From positions 1 to 60,162 of IMG/VR virus record IMGVR_UViG_3300042197_004886: a stretch of 60,162 nt of DNA. The stretch is one strand, 5' to 3'. A program made the position numbers and the translations under genes. This document shows, piece after piece, positions 1 through 9,643 of the stretch. How positions within the stretch are numbered: the stretch's first letter is position 1; each line of letters starts with the position of its first letter. This stretch comes from a virus (Duplodnaviria > Caudoviricetes). A model generated the notes under the pieces. The model saw only the letters and a program-made list of their open reading frames with translations, was not told the origin of the DNA and did not search any database.

Positions 1-2
1 AG

Positions 3-647
3 GTTACTGCCGACCTTAAACAGTTAGAAAGCGACCTTGAAAAGCTGTCTAAGGAAATGGACTCGGACGGCGAACAGGCAATTCAATCCATAATCGAATC
101 TATCCAGACTGAGATAAAAACCGAATCTTTGACGCTAGAGGAAAAGTCCACTACACTAAACCTATTTATCACCTTGGACGACCTCTTATCTGATTCCGGT
201 ATCAAGAAAACCCTGATCGATAAGATCATTCCAACTCTTAATTCTAGGATCCAGGAGATCTCGGAACGCTTAGAATTCAAGTTTCAGTTTGAATTCGATA
301 GCGATTTTAATCCGATTATCTCTTACCTTGGCATGGAGGTCTCACCAGAGAGCCTTTCCAGCGGTCAGCGTAAAAAGATGAACCTTATTGTGCTCTTGGC
401 CTTTATCGAGATTATTAAAATGAAGCACAGCCAGATGAACGTTCTCTTCTTGGACGAGATCTTTAGCTCACTCGACAAAAACAACGTTTATAAGGCCATT
501 GAGATCCTTAAAGAGTATGCCGAAAAATACCGGCTAACTATCTTTGTTGTCTCGCACGAGTCTCTACCAGAGGAATTTTTCAATCACCGAATCCTCGTGA
601 CCACTCAGGACCACTTCTCAGAGATGAAAATAACAAAAGTCGGCTAA
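3..647 (+). CDS. SbcC/Rad50-like recombination endonuclease ATPase subunit (T4 gp46-like), C-terminal part, 5'-truncated by window edge
   Basis: ABC signature LSSGQ, Walker B LFLDE, H-loop VVSH; frame open from position 3. Confidence 0.9.
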   Translation, partial: VTADLKQLESDLEKLSKEMDSDGEQAIQSIIESIQTEIKTESLTLEEKSTTLNLFITLDDLLSDSGIKKTLIDKIIPTLNSRIQEISERLEFKFQFEFDSDFNPIISYLGMEVSPESLSSGQRKKMNLIVLLAFIEIIKMKHSQMNVLFLDEIFSSLDKNNVYKAIEILKEYAEKYRLTIFVVSHESLPEEFFNHRILVTTQDHFSEMKITKVG

Positions 648-650
648 ACT

Positions 651-1898
651 ATGAAACTGAGCATTATCACCCCAACCCACACTCCCAAGTATCTCCTAGA
701 GCTCTACGAATCTATCTTAGAACAGACCTACACTGATTGGGAGTGGATCTTGTACCTCAATGGCGGACTTACCAGTAATCAGTTACCCAGCATCATATTA
801 GAAGACGCTCGAGTAAAGATCTATCTGGATTCGCCTTGCGCAGAGAGCCAAAACGTTGGCTATCTCAAGAATCGAGCCTTTCACCTAGGTTCTGGTGAAG
901 CTCTACTTGAAGTAGACCACGACGATCTTCTTACTCCAGACTGTTTAGCTGAGGTGGCTGCTGCTTTTGCGGAGGACGCAGGTATTGGTTTTGTCTATAG
1001 CGATAACGCCAAGTTGGCAGATAAGTTTGCTCCATACGGTTCCTACTATGGTTGGTCGCATCGATACTTTAAGTGGAAAGGCAGTAATTATGTTTCGATG
1101 AATTCTTTCGAAGCTGACGCTGGTGCTCTTTCCCTCATATTTTATGCGCCAGATCATATTCGAGCTTGGCGGCGAGATACTTATGTGCTGCTCGGCGGAC
1201 ACGATCGTTCGCTCTCTGTGCTAGACGATCAGGAATTAATGATTCGCACCTACATGGTCTCCAGGTTTAGGCAGATCAAGAAGACTCTATACTTATACCG
1301 TATCCACGGCGATAACACTTGGCTGCAGCGCAATGCTCTAATACAGGAGCAGACACAACAACTCTTCCTAAAATGGCAACAGCCCTTAGCTGAGCGTGAG
1401 GCAGACTTGCGTGGCCTTCGTAAAATTGACCTAGGTGGAGGGCTCTACGGCAAGCCCGGTTATGAAACGGTCGATATCCGCAATGGTTCTATCCAGGCAG
1501 ATCTTAATCAGCGCTGGCCCTTTGACGATAACTCAGTCGGGGTGATCAATGCCTCCCATGTGATCGAGCACCTACATAATAAGCACTTTACCATGTGTGA
1601 GCTACACCGAGTTTTGGCACACGGCGCTTGGGCATTTATTGAGGTGCCTTCTACCGACGGTCGAGGGGCCTTCCAGGATCCCACCCATGTGAGCTATTGG
1701 AACGAGAATAGCTTCTTTTATTATACTAGAAAGGAGCAAGCCCAATTCATCTATAACGATTCTATAAAGTTTCAGGCAAGGCTATTGGAAACCAAGTGTT
1801 ATACAAAATGGATGCAGGATAATAATGTACCCTGCACCAGAGCATGGTTGCGTGCAATAAAGGAGGACACCGTTCTCCCTGGCGAAAATCGTTTTTAA
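651..1898 (+). CDS. GT2 glycosyltransferase fused to a class I SAM methyltransferase domain
   Basis: N-terminal LSIITPT...DHDD (DxD) GT-A motifs; C-terminal IDLGGG, ADLN..WPF..NSV, SHVIEH, DPTH. Confidence 0.85.
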   Translation: MKLSIITPTHTPKYLLELYESILEQTYTDWEWILYLNGGLTSNQLPSIILEDARVKIYLDSPCAESQNVGYLKNRAFHLGSGEALLEVDHDDLLTPDCLAEVAAAFAEDAGIGFVYSDNAKLADKFAPYGSYYGWSHRYFKWKGSNYVSMNSFEADAGALSLIFYAPDHIRAWRRDTYVLLGGHDRSLSVLDDQELMIRTYMVSRFRQIKKTLYLYRIHGDNTWLQRNALIQEQTQQLFLKWQQPLAEREADLRGLRKIDLGGGLYGKPGYETVDIRNGSIQADLNQRWPFDDNSVGVINASHVIEHLHNKHFTMCELHRVLAHGAWAFIEVPSTDGRGAFQDPTHVSYWNENSFFYYTRKEQAQFIYNDSIKFQARLLETKCYTKWMQDNNVPCTRAWLRAIKEDTVLPGENRF

Positions 1899-1899
1899 A

Positions 1900-3816
1900 T
1901 TAAAAGAAATTGGGATCTGCTGGACTATCACCTATTCCAAAACACTGAGACCCTTGATAGACAATCGGATTATTGTGTGGTATTCCATAAGGCTGCATAC
2001 CTTCAAAGTAGGTAAATCCCAAATTTGCACTATTTCTATTTCCTTTTGAACTGAGAAGTTTGACCTGTCCTCTTCTAGAAACAGTCATGTTTGACGGAAG
2101 AACCCACCTTGCAAATTTTTCAAGATTATCAGTGAAGGTAATTGTGACATTAGTTGTTGTAGTTGATCGGACTAGACAATATTTGCCTGGTCTGCCTCCA
2201 AAAAACTCATTCATAGTTTGTGTGGTTCCCCCTGTGATAGTAACTGCATCAAATGCTATTCTATGCATATTTACCCATCCAGTACTAGTTGCAGTAATAA
2301 ATAAAGTTGTTCTTCTGGCTACTACTGTTCCTTTTATATAGTTTAAATTTCCGTTTTTATATAGATTTGGTAATGTAGGATTAGCAGCTCCTCCTAACCT
2401 ATAGATTCCACCAGTATTGATTACTAAGGGACTTGAAAAAACTGTAGATGATCCAGCATGTACCCAAAATCCACTACCAATCAAATTGATAGTGGTTGTT
2501 CCTGCGACTGTAGAAGAATTGGAATTTTCTAAACTTCCGTTCACATAAATATTGAAATTGTTTAAAGTTACAGGAACAGTTGCTGCGAATCTTAAGTAGT
2601 TACACCAAATATCACTAATTATATTCCATGTACCAAAAGGTACATTAGATCCTATATTTAGTATATTCCAGCTTGTGCCTAAGGTATCAATTGATCCTAT
2701 TGCATTTGTAATAGTTAATATTCTTGGTGGTATAAATGTTCCGCTTGTTAATTTAAAAGAAACATCTGTAAGAGAGCCTAAAATAAAAGTATCACTTGTA
2801 AATGTAACTAAAGGCATATCTATATCAATCAATTTCCAAGCGTTTATAGTAGTGACTGGTATTGAAATTACACCTGATGTTGCACCAGAAGTTCCTCCGT
2901 TAAAGTTTAAAGTAGGTTTTGTTCCACTACCAGCTGGACATTGAATGTTTCCAGTAGATCCAGTGTATGTGTTTAAGTAAATTTTAAAATCACCAGTTAG
3001 TGTTGTTGCTGCTGACATGTTTAGTGTGTTACACCAAAGATCATTAGCTAAAGTTGTAGCTCCGCTTGTTCCAATTATTGTGTTCCATTTTACATCAGAT
3101 CCTAGATTGAGAATTCCTTGAGACATAGTTAAAGTTGCTGAAGCAGCATTTGCTACTCCAGAAGTGTACGAGAATGTACCTGTTGTGCTGCTGGCGAAGA
3201 TGACAGCTGATATGGTTATAGTGTTTGCACCACTGTTTAAATTAAGATTTGTCAATGTTCCAAACCATCCATTTAACGTACCACCAGCAATTACAAATGT
3301 GGTTAAAGAAGTCACTCCTTGAAATGGTTGAGTAACTGTGTTATTGATACCTGCATTGCAAGTTATTGTTCTTCCACCAGCAAATATATTAGCTATGACA
3401 GCTCCTGAGCTGCCTGTATTTGTTACTACTCCCCCAAAGGTACAATCTGCAGCAATTGTGTATGTTTTTGATGTAGTGATGCTAATAAATCTAAATTCAT
3501 TAGGCCATATATAACCGTTTGGAGTGTAAGTAGCTGAAACATTGTTGAACGCTAAAAAGCCAGTGCCTCCTACACCCATTCCAGCCCCAAGCGTTATGTT
3601 ACCGCTCACGTTGATACTGAAAGTCATTGTGATGGTGTTAGTGTAATTGGTAAAGTTAATTGTAAGACAAACTCTGTTTGAAGCGTTTACTGTACATGCA
3701 GGAGAGGAAGCATCAAACACTACATCATCCGCTACAGTAGGCACAGCTCCTTCTAACCAGTTGGTGCTGGTTCCCCAATTGCTATCAGTGGTTCCTCTCC
3801 AAGTTCTTGTTGGCAT
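1900..3816 (-). CDS. Putative tail fibre/adhesin-like beta-rich virion protein
   Basis: T/G/S/N-rich; starts TWRG...NW.T..NW...VP...DDVVFD, typical of beta-helical adhesin-like proteins; lies in an operon with a collagen-like gene. Confidence 0.55.
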   Translation of the reverse strand: MPTRTWRGTTDSNWGTSTNWLEGAVPTVADDVVFDASSPACTVNASNRVCLTINFTNYTNTITMTFSINVSGNITLGAGMGVGGTGFLAFNNVSATYTPNGYIWPNEFRFISITTSKTYTIAADCTFGGVVTNTGSSGAVIANIFAGGRTITCNAGINNTVTQPFQGVTSLTTFVIAGGTLNGWFGTLTNLNLNSGANTITISAVIFASSTTGTFSYTSGVANAASATLTMSQGILNLGSDVKWNTIIGTSGATTLANDLWCNTLNMSAATTLTGDFKIYLNTYTGSTGNIQCPAGSGTKPTLNFNGGTSGATSGVISIPVTTINAWKLIDIDMPLVTFTSDTFILGSLTDVSFKLTSGTFIPPRILTITNAIGSIDTLGTSWNILNIGSNVPFGTWNIISDIWCNYLRFAATVPVTLNNFNIYVNGSLENSNSSTVAGTTTINLIGSGFWVHAGSSTVFSSPLVINTGGIYRLGGAANPTLPNLYKNGNLNYIKGTVVARRTTLFITATSTGWVNMHRIAFDAVTITGGTTQTMNEFFGGRPGKYCLVRSTTTTNVTITFTDNLEKFARWVLPSNMTVSRRGQVKLLSSKGNRNSANLGFTYFEGMQPYGIPHNNPIVYQGSQCFGIGDSPADPNFF

Positions 3817-4055
3817 TACAATTCAGTTTCTACATTTATCTCTATTTGAGGAATAAGACTTTGTATTTGTCTGGCAATTTCTAGCTTACGGATCTCGGTC
3901 AATCCTCTGTTAATTATATTTTGTTCAATAATCTCTAAACCGGTAGGAGCAAAATGACTCACCTCAATAGTAGTCAAAACTCCGTCTAAATTATACTCGA
4001 CTTCAGTGTAGAGAGTTTCTTCGTTTTGTCTAGTAGATAGAATTTTATAAGTCAT
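3816..4055 (-). CDS. Hypothetical protein
   Basis: ORF coupled to the downstream gene in the fibre operon. Confidence 0.7.
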   Translation of the reverse strand: MTYKILSTRQNEETLYTEVEYNLDGVLTTIEVSHFAPTGLEIIEQNIINRGLTEIRKLEIARQIQSLIPQIEINVETEL

Positions 4056-4067
4056 ATGGTTTAATTT

Positions 4068-4487
4068 TTAATAATTTGCTGCGTAAGCGATTGCATCAGT
4101 TTGATCTTGTGCTCCAGCGTAAACTGATTGAATGACTGACATTACTTGTCCAGATCGCATGATGATAGGTTGATCGAACGTGTAGATAGCAGTTTGACCA
4201 ATAGCCGTGGTACTACGAGTAGCAGCGAGTACTGATACTTCTCCTATTAGTCGATGGTTTGTACCTCCTGTGTCAGAGAGAAAGATACGAAAAACTTTAG
4301 CGCCAGCTAATGCCGCTGTAGCTTGAGAATTGATGAAGCGTACTCCATCTACCCGAGTTCCGTCTGCGCCTGCTGTGACTAGAGTCACTAATGCGCCGGA
4401 TCCATCAGACGCTGTGTTAGCTGCTGCAATTCTTGCTGGTGTAAAATTACCTTGTAGAGTAAAGATAGGTGTTGTGTTTGCTGGCAT
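4068..4487 (-). CDS. Hypothetical virion protein (fibre-associated)
   Basis: Small beta-rich ORF between the collagen-like and adhesin-like genes. Confidence 0.6.
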   Translation of the reverse strand: MPANTTPIFTLQGNFTPARIAAANTASDGSGALVTLVTAGADGTRVDGVRFINSQATAALAGAKVFRIFLSDTGGTNHRLIGEVSVLAATRSTTAIGQTAIYTFDQPIIMRSGQVMSVIQSVYAGAQDQTDAIAYAANY

Positions 4488-4501
4488 TGTTGCGTGTTAT
4501 T

Positions 4502-5671
4502 TTATGAAAAATTATAGTAATTGAAAAGTTTTGAAATAATTCCTTCTCCTCCTGGTGCTCCTGTTGCTCCCTGATCTCCTTGTGGTCCCTGGCCACCAGT
4601 TAATCCCTGCGGTCCCTGGTTTCCACTGGCTCCCTGATTGCCTTGATCTCCCTGTGGGCCGGCTATTCCCTGATCTCCCTGTGGCCCCTGTGCACCGGCT
4701 GCTCCCTGGTCTCCTTGTGCTCCCTGGTCTCCTTGTGCTCCCTGGTCTCCTTGTGCACCTTGTGGCCCCTGTGCACCGGCTGCTCCCTGATCTCCCTGGT
4801 CTCCCTTAAGTCCTTGTGCACCCTGGTCTCCTTGTGCTCCTTGAGATCCTTGTGATCCTTGAGCTCCAGTTGCACCTTGTGCACCCTGTGAGCCAGCTGC
4901 TCCTTGCGGACCCTGCGGCCCTTTTATCTGTAATGCCAAAACAAGGTCTTCGTCGTTTGAGAAACTATATCCGCCACTATCATAGGTTGCAGTTACTTCA
5001 ACATAATTATTTGAAATAACATTTATGCTGCTAACTATCCATTTTTGATAATTGTTCGAATCATCTTTGTCTTGAATGATAATAATATCATTTGCGCTTA
5101 GATTAGCTAGGTAGATATCAATATCTGATGCCTCCTGGGTCAAGTGATCAATATTGATTTGCGTTGCACTCGTCTGTGTTGCATTATTCCAAATAATATA
5201 GCCCGCTCCTGGATCTCCAGAATAAATTGTTGTCTTTGCTTTATAATTAAAAAAGCTGCTAGATTGACCTGGGGATCCTTGGTCCCCCTGTGAACCAGTT
5301 ACTCCCTGATCTCCTTGTGATCCAGCTGCTCCCTGTGGCCCCTGCGAACCGGCTGATCCTTGTGATCCTTGCAATCCCTGTGCACCAGTTGCTCCCTGTG
5401 GCCCTTGAGCTCCAGCTGTTCCTTGCGATCCTTGTGCACCTTGAGATCCAGCGGCGCCTTGCGCTCCTTGTGAACCCTGTGCTCCTTGTGGACCTTGCGG
5501 CCCTCCTCCACCGCCTCCTCCTTCGACCACTGTAATGTTACCTAAGTTATCAATCTTAGACAAGAGATCAGAATTATTTGTGTCAAATGCAATAAGATAT
5601 GCCCCATTGGGTATATTAGCATAGTCAACTGTCGAGAAATCTATTGTAGGATATAGGTATGAAATTGCCAC
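4502..5671 (-). CDS. Collagen-like (Gly-X-Y) fibre protein
   Basis: Two long GxQ triplet tracts (GPQGAQGSQ..., GDQGAQ...) flanking a globular domain; ATAAATA motifs upstream. Confidence 0.9.
   Translation of the reverse strand: MAISYLYPTIDFSTVDYANIPNGAYLIAFDTNNSDLLSKIDNLGNITVVEGGGGGGGPQGPQGAQGSQGAQGAAGSQGAQGSQGTAGAQGPQGATGAQGLQGSQGSAGSQGPQGAAGSQGDQGVTGSQGDQGSPGQSSSFFNYKAKTTIYSGDPGAGYIIWNNATQTSATQINIDHLTQEASDIDIYLANLSANDIIIIQDKDDSNNYQKWIVSSINVISNNYVEVTATYDSGGYSFSNDEDLVLALQIKGPQGPQGAAGSQGAQGATGAQGSQGSQGAQGDQGAQGLKGDQGDQGAAGAQGPQGAQGDQGAQGDQGAQGDQGAAGAQGPQGDQGIAGPQGDQGNQGASGNQGPQGLTGGQGPQGDQGATGAPGGEGIISKLFNYYNFS
4549..4921 (-). repeat. 9/18-nt coding tandem repeats of the C-terminal collagen tract
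   Basis: Repeated CTCCCTGGTCTCCTTGTG-type units on the + strand encoding GDQ/GAQ triplets. Confidence 0.85.
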
Positions 5672-5713
5672 TCTTTAAAAAGTATGCTATTTATTCTTAT
5701 TTATCCTTAAATA

Positions 5714-5741
5714 AAACTTTCCTAAATCGCAGGTGTATAAA
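5714..5741 (+). promoter_or_regulatory. Putative phage early/middle promoter AAAC-N18-TATAAA
   Basis: Same motif and spacing recur upstream of several non-structural operons. Confidence 0.55.
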
Positions 5742-5756
5742 ATCAAAAAGAAACCG

Positions 5757-6614
5757 ATGAAATTATATAAAGAAAAGGATTTTTCTTCCTTATATAAAGC
5801 GAGTCTAAGCGACTTAATGCTCTTTCCGGAACACGAGACCAGACCTAGAGACCTTAAGATCAGAGAAAATATCAATACTGTACTCGTATTAGAGGATCCT
5901 CTCTCTTGTCTCTACTCAAATCCTGTGAGATCTTCCCAGAAAAAATATATTTCAGCCGAGCTCTTATGGTATTTTGCTGGCAGAAACGATGTCGGCTTTA
6001 TTAAAAAGTATGCTAAGTTCTGGGAGTCAATCCAGAACCCTGACGGGACTGTTAACTCCGCATACGGTAACCTATTGTTTTCTAAAGTAAGTCCTCATGG
6101 GTTCACCCAGTACGACTGGGCAATCTCCTGTCTCATAAAGGATAAGGACTCTAGGCAAGCTGTAATGCATTTTAACCTGCCAGAGCATCAATACAGTTCC
6201 AATCGAGATTTTGTGTGCACAATGTACGCAATATTTCAGATTCGTAACGACAAACTTAGCCTTACCGTTTCGATGCGAAGTAACGATGTCATACTTGGTC
6301 TGCCGACTGATATCGCCTTTTTCGCAACTCTACAAGGACAGGCGTTAGTGCACCTACGTCAAATCTATCCTGACCTTGAGTTAGGCACCTACACACATAT
6401 CGCTAATTCATTTCACATCTACGAACACCACTTTGACCTGGCCAGCCGCATGCTGGCTCAAGACTTTACGGCAGAATCGATTCCTCCAGTCACAGTAGAT
6501 CTAGTGACGAAAATGGGTAAGACGACTCCGATCTTCGATCGACTTTTTGCGCACCATGCTGTGGAAACATTCGAGGACCCACTATGTAATTGGATTGCAA
6601 CAAATATCAAATAA
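5757..6614 (+). CDS. Thymidylate-synthase-family enzyme, dCMP hydroxymethylase (T4 gp42)-like
   Basis: VNSAYG, DFVCT (catalytic Cys), MRSNDVILGLPTD with Asp at the position of the dUMP-specifying Asn of ThyA, SFHIYE. Confidence 0.75.
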   Translation: MKLYKEKDFSSLYKASLSDLMLFPEHETRPRDLKIRENINTVLVLEDPLSCLYSNPVRSSQKKYISAELLWYFAGRNDVGFIKKYAKFWESIQNPDGTVNSAYGNLLFSKVSPHGFTQYDWAISCLIKDKDSRQAVMHFNLPEHQYSSNRDFVCTMYAIFQIRNDKLSLTVSMRSNDVILGLPTDIAFFATLQGQALVHLRQIYPDLELGTYTHIANSFHIYEHHFDLASRMLAQDFTAESIPPVTVDLVTKMGKTTPIFDRLFAHHAVETFEDPLCNWIATNIK

Positions 6615-6619
6615 CTATC

Positions 6620-6835
6620 ATGAAAATAGACCTTAAAAAATTCATAATCGGCGTCATCACCGCCCTGCTTACTGCATTAATCTGTTGGTTCGCATTCACC
6701 GTTTTTTCTCTGGGTGAGCTCTTTGGCGTGGAGCCCAGCTATCCACAGTGGTTAGGAATCTCCATCATCTCTACCCTACTTTTTACTCAACCCTACGTCA
6801 ACCGTAATGACTCAAAAGGACCTAAAATATCATAG
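6620..6835 (+). CDS. Small membrane protein
   Basis: Two hydrophobic segments. Confidence 0.6.
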   Translation: MKIDLKKFIIGVITALLTALICWFAFTVFSLGELFGVEPSYPQWLGISIISTLLFTQPYVNRNDSKGPKIS

Positions 6836-7226
6836 TACCTACCTAAAGATGGCCACCGAGTGGTCTTCTCTCTCCTGCTGTCGTCGCAAAAAAGTCGGTG
6901 CACTTATCGTAAAAGAAGGAGCTATCATTTCCGATGGATTTAACGGCACACCAAAGGGCTTTACCAACGACTGTGAGGATCCAAATGGTGAGACCTACTG
7001 GTATGTGCTGCATGCAGAGGCAAACGCGATCCTTAAGGTGGCCAAGTCTTCACAGAGCACGGACGGCTCGACGTTATATGTCACCTATTCTCCTTGTAAG
7101 GAGTGTTCAAAATTGATTATCCAGGCCGGCATCCGCCGTGTCATCTACTTAGAGGAGTACCGAGACACCTCTGGTCTAAAAATGTTAAAGGAGGCTGGAA
7201 TAGATATATTACAGCTAGAAATATGA
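6807..7226 (+). CDS. cd: dCMP deaminase
   Basis: HAEANA and PCKEC zinc motifs; KVGA, GFNG. Confidence 0.93.
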   Translation: MTQKDLKYHSTYLKMATEWSSLSCCRRKKVGALIVKEGAIISDGFNGTPKGFTNDCEDPNGETYWYVLHAEANAILKVAKSSQSTDGSTLYVTYSPCKECSKLIIQAGIRRVIYLEEYRDTSGLKMLKEAGIDILQLEI

Positions 7227-7624
7227 TCGATAACCGAAACGTGACCGTGGTATTTGTAAAAGAATACCGAAATTTTATTGGAGCCTTTGAAAAAAAGGGC
7301 AAAGAAGACTACGTGCTTAACGTCAATAAGATTATCAAGGACAAATTTAGTACTAAGTTTATTGTGCCAAACAAGGTACAGTCTTTTTTACTCAACTATG
7401 AGATAAAAAAACTGTTAGACAAGGCAATAAATATCAAAAACAAAAAATATAAACGGGTAGTATACCTAAACTCCAATCTCTCCAGTTCAATCGTGCTCAA
7501 TACTATTGATTTTATCGAGGGCGAGTACGAAATGTTGAATTTTAATTTTCATCTTGTCGAGTCAGCTTCCCAACCTGATGACGAGATCGTCAATATAGAA
7601 AAACTAAATCGAATCTTAATATGA
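7223..7624 (+). CDS. Hypothetical protein
   Basis: ATGA overlaps with both neighbours; start taken at ATG 7223. Confidence 0.7.
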   Translation: MIDNRNVTVVFVKEYRNFIGAFEKKGKEDYVLNVNKIIKDKFSTKFIVPNKVQSFLLNYEIKKLLDKAINIKNKKYKRVVYLNSNLSSSIVLNTIDFIEGEYEMLNFNFHLVESASQPDDEIVNIEKLNRILI

Positions 7625-8181
7625 ATCTAATCGCTAATTTTTCCGCTTGGCTCAAGTCTCTTAACGAGTCTTCAAAGAGCACCTATGATTATGGCTGTGC
7701 CATGGTTTACTATGATTTTCCTCAAATGCAGGAACTCCACTCTCTTATCTCACCAGATGACATATACCACGAGACTGGAGATAACACATATGGCTTGGAG
7801 GACGAACCTCACACTACCCTACTTTTTGGTTTTCATAGCGATGTTGATCTGGACCACGTGTTAAATGTGTGCAATAAGTTTAGTTATCCGGTTTTAAAAT
7901 TGCACAATGCCTCTTGTTTCAATAACGACAAATACGATGTGCTAAAGTTCGACGTTGTTTCTCCTGAATTACATGCAGCAAACGATCAGTTAAAGTCCGA
8001 ATTTGCAGATCGTTATACCACAGAATATCCCAATTACCATCCTCACTCGACGATCGGCTATATCAAAAAAGGAAAAGGTCAACCTTATGCTGACCTTCTC
8101 AATGGTAATTCTTATCGTGTTACTCCAAAAAAGCTCGTTTATTCGATGCCTAGCGGAGACAAGAAAGAGTTGATCTTTTAG
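7621..8181 (+). CDS. 2H phosphoesterase, T4 gp57B/Acb1-like
   Basis: Two HxT motifs (EPHTTLLFG, YHPHSTIGY). Confidence 0.75.
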   Translation: MNLIANFSAWLKSLNESSKSTYDYGCAMVYYDFPQMQELHSLISPDDIYHETGDNTYGLEDEPHTTLLFGFHSDVDLDHVLNVCNKFSYPVLKLHNASCFNNDKYDVLKFDVVSPELHAANDQLKSEFADRYTTEYPNYHPHSTIGYIKKGKGQPYADLLNGNSYRVTPKKLVYSMPSGDKKELIF

Positions 8182-9026
8182 TCTTCGTCTTCGAATTCAT
8201 ATTCGTCTCCGACTTCGAAGCTCTTTAGGAAAGTTTCAGTGTCGCCGGCAAGTCTTCTTCCAGAAGATTTAGGCATCTCTAATGCAGAGGGTACCTCTTC
8301 TTCATAGCTTTCTTCTCTAGCAGTTTCATAAGAATCTTCGAAATCTTCCTCTTCTCTGCTGGTTTCTCCAGAACCATACATTCTTTCGTAATCTTCGTCT
8401 GACATGGTGGCTGCGTCGGGCATTACATATAGCTTTCTAGCCGTTATGTCTGCATAAGCAATAAGGTCTCCGTCACGGTCTATATAATCTATGCGTCGGC
8501 CGTCGTTACTCTTGAAAAAGTCGGCCCAGTCTAGGCGCATCTCTCCCATTTTATCCTCAGCGTCTCCTATTGCTTCTAGGTCAGATTTACCTCGCAACGA
8601 CACAACTTTTTCTTCTGCGCCTGGGTTCATTCCATACCATTCTGATTCTATTTGTTCCTGTTCGTTAACAAATTTTTGAAAAGAAGTATAGGAAAATCCC
8701 TCGTTTGCAGCTTTACCAACATTTACTACCGGCAGACCCATATTCAGGTATGGATCCGGATAGTTGTAGGGCTTTTTGCGCTCTTGCTTGTAGACAAGGT
8801 CATTGCTCATTGCTTTGTAAGTCGGATTGTATACTGGGTGACCAAAGGCTGGGTGACGATCTACCACTCTTTGATAACCGTCTAACTTTGGATTAGTATT
8901 TACTTTTTTACCGCTGCTGTCACGATACATTTTAGCAGACTTGGGTCCACCGAAGCCAGGCTTCTTTAGGTCCATATAGTCGTCCATTTTCATCATGTCG
9001 CGACGGTGTACGTTAAACATTTCCAT
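8178..9026 (-). CDS. Hypothetical protein, acidic C-terminus (possible head/internal protein)
   Basis: Long ORF downstream of the tail tube gene; start chosen at MEMFNV to avoid a 41-nt overlap. Confidence 0.65.
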   Translation of the reverse strand: MEMFNVHRRDMMKMDDYMDLKKPGFGGPKSAKMYRDSSGKKVNTNPKLDGYQRVVDRHPAFGHPVYNPTYKAMSNDLVYKQERKKPYNYPDPYLNMGLPVVNVGKAANEGFSYTSFQKFVNEQEQIESEWYGMNPGAEEKVVSLRGKSDLEAIGDAEDKMGEMRLDWADFFKSNDGRRIDYIDRDGDLIAYADITARKLYVMPDAATMSDEDYERMYGSGETSREEEDFEDSYETAREESYEEEVPSALEMPKSSGRRLAGDTETFLKSFEVGDEYEFEDED

Positions 9027-9045
9027 TTTGTAAAGATTCTTTTTA

Positions 9046-9615
9046 TTATACGCGGATTTCTCCGATTCGGGTTTCTTTGTAGGCATCTGCTCTAAATTTA
9101 GCAGTTATCTCATAAAGAGTTGCACTAGTATAATTTAATTCCATTGCACTGAGCGCACCATTTGGAATTACTGGCGTAAACCTAAACTCCCTAAAAATGT
9201 CTCCAGCCTTGTTAAAAATAGCTAAATACATTTGTCCGTAATAGTCCCGCTTCAGACCCTGACGTCCGTTTAATGGATCGTAGGTTAGGTCTCCCCAAGC
9301 CCTTAAGATATTATAGATATACATGTTATTTTCCTCATTCAAGTTGACTGTGAACTTGATCGTAAGATCGGCAACTGTCGTTGTCGGTACTGCAGCCGCA
9401 TATGAACGTCTTGCAAATTTATAGTTTTGCTCGACTACTGCAACTGGAGTCAATTCAGGTATTCCAGATACGCTTATTACGTGCTCAACTAAGAGATCAA
9501 CGTTGTCTGTGATTACAGCAGGTGGTGTAATGATTAATTCGAACTGATTTTGAAAAATCGGTTCGTAATAGTTGGTTGCTGCTACAGAATTATCCCAATG
9601 TGGTAAACCGGCCAT
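9046..9615 (-). CDS. Tail tube protein (T4 gp19-like)
   Basis: YEPIFQNQFE, W.DL.YDPL.G..GLKRDY, size 189 aa. Confidence 0.8.
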   Translation of the reverse strand: MAGLPHWDNSVAATNYYEPIFQNQFELIITPPAVITDNVDLLVEHVISVSGIPELTPVAVVEQNYKFARRSYAAAVPTTTVADLTIKFTVNLNEENNMYIYNILRAWGDLTYDPLNGRQGLKRDYYGQMYLAIFNKAGDIFREFRFTPVIPNGALSAMELNYTSATLYEITAKFRADAYKETRIGEIRV

Positions 9616-9643
9616 TTTATCGTGATTATTTTATTTTATTTAT

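Noticed and set aside
4555-5535. Several overlapping ORFs in the collagen gene
   Set aside because: Shadow frames produced by the low-complexity Gly-X-Y repeats
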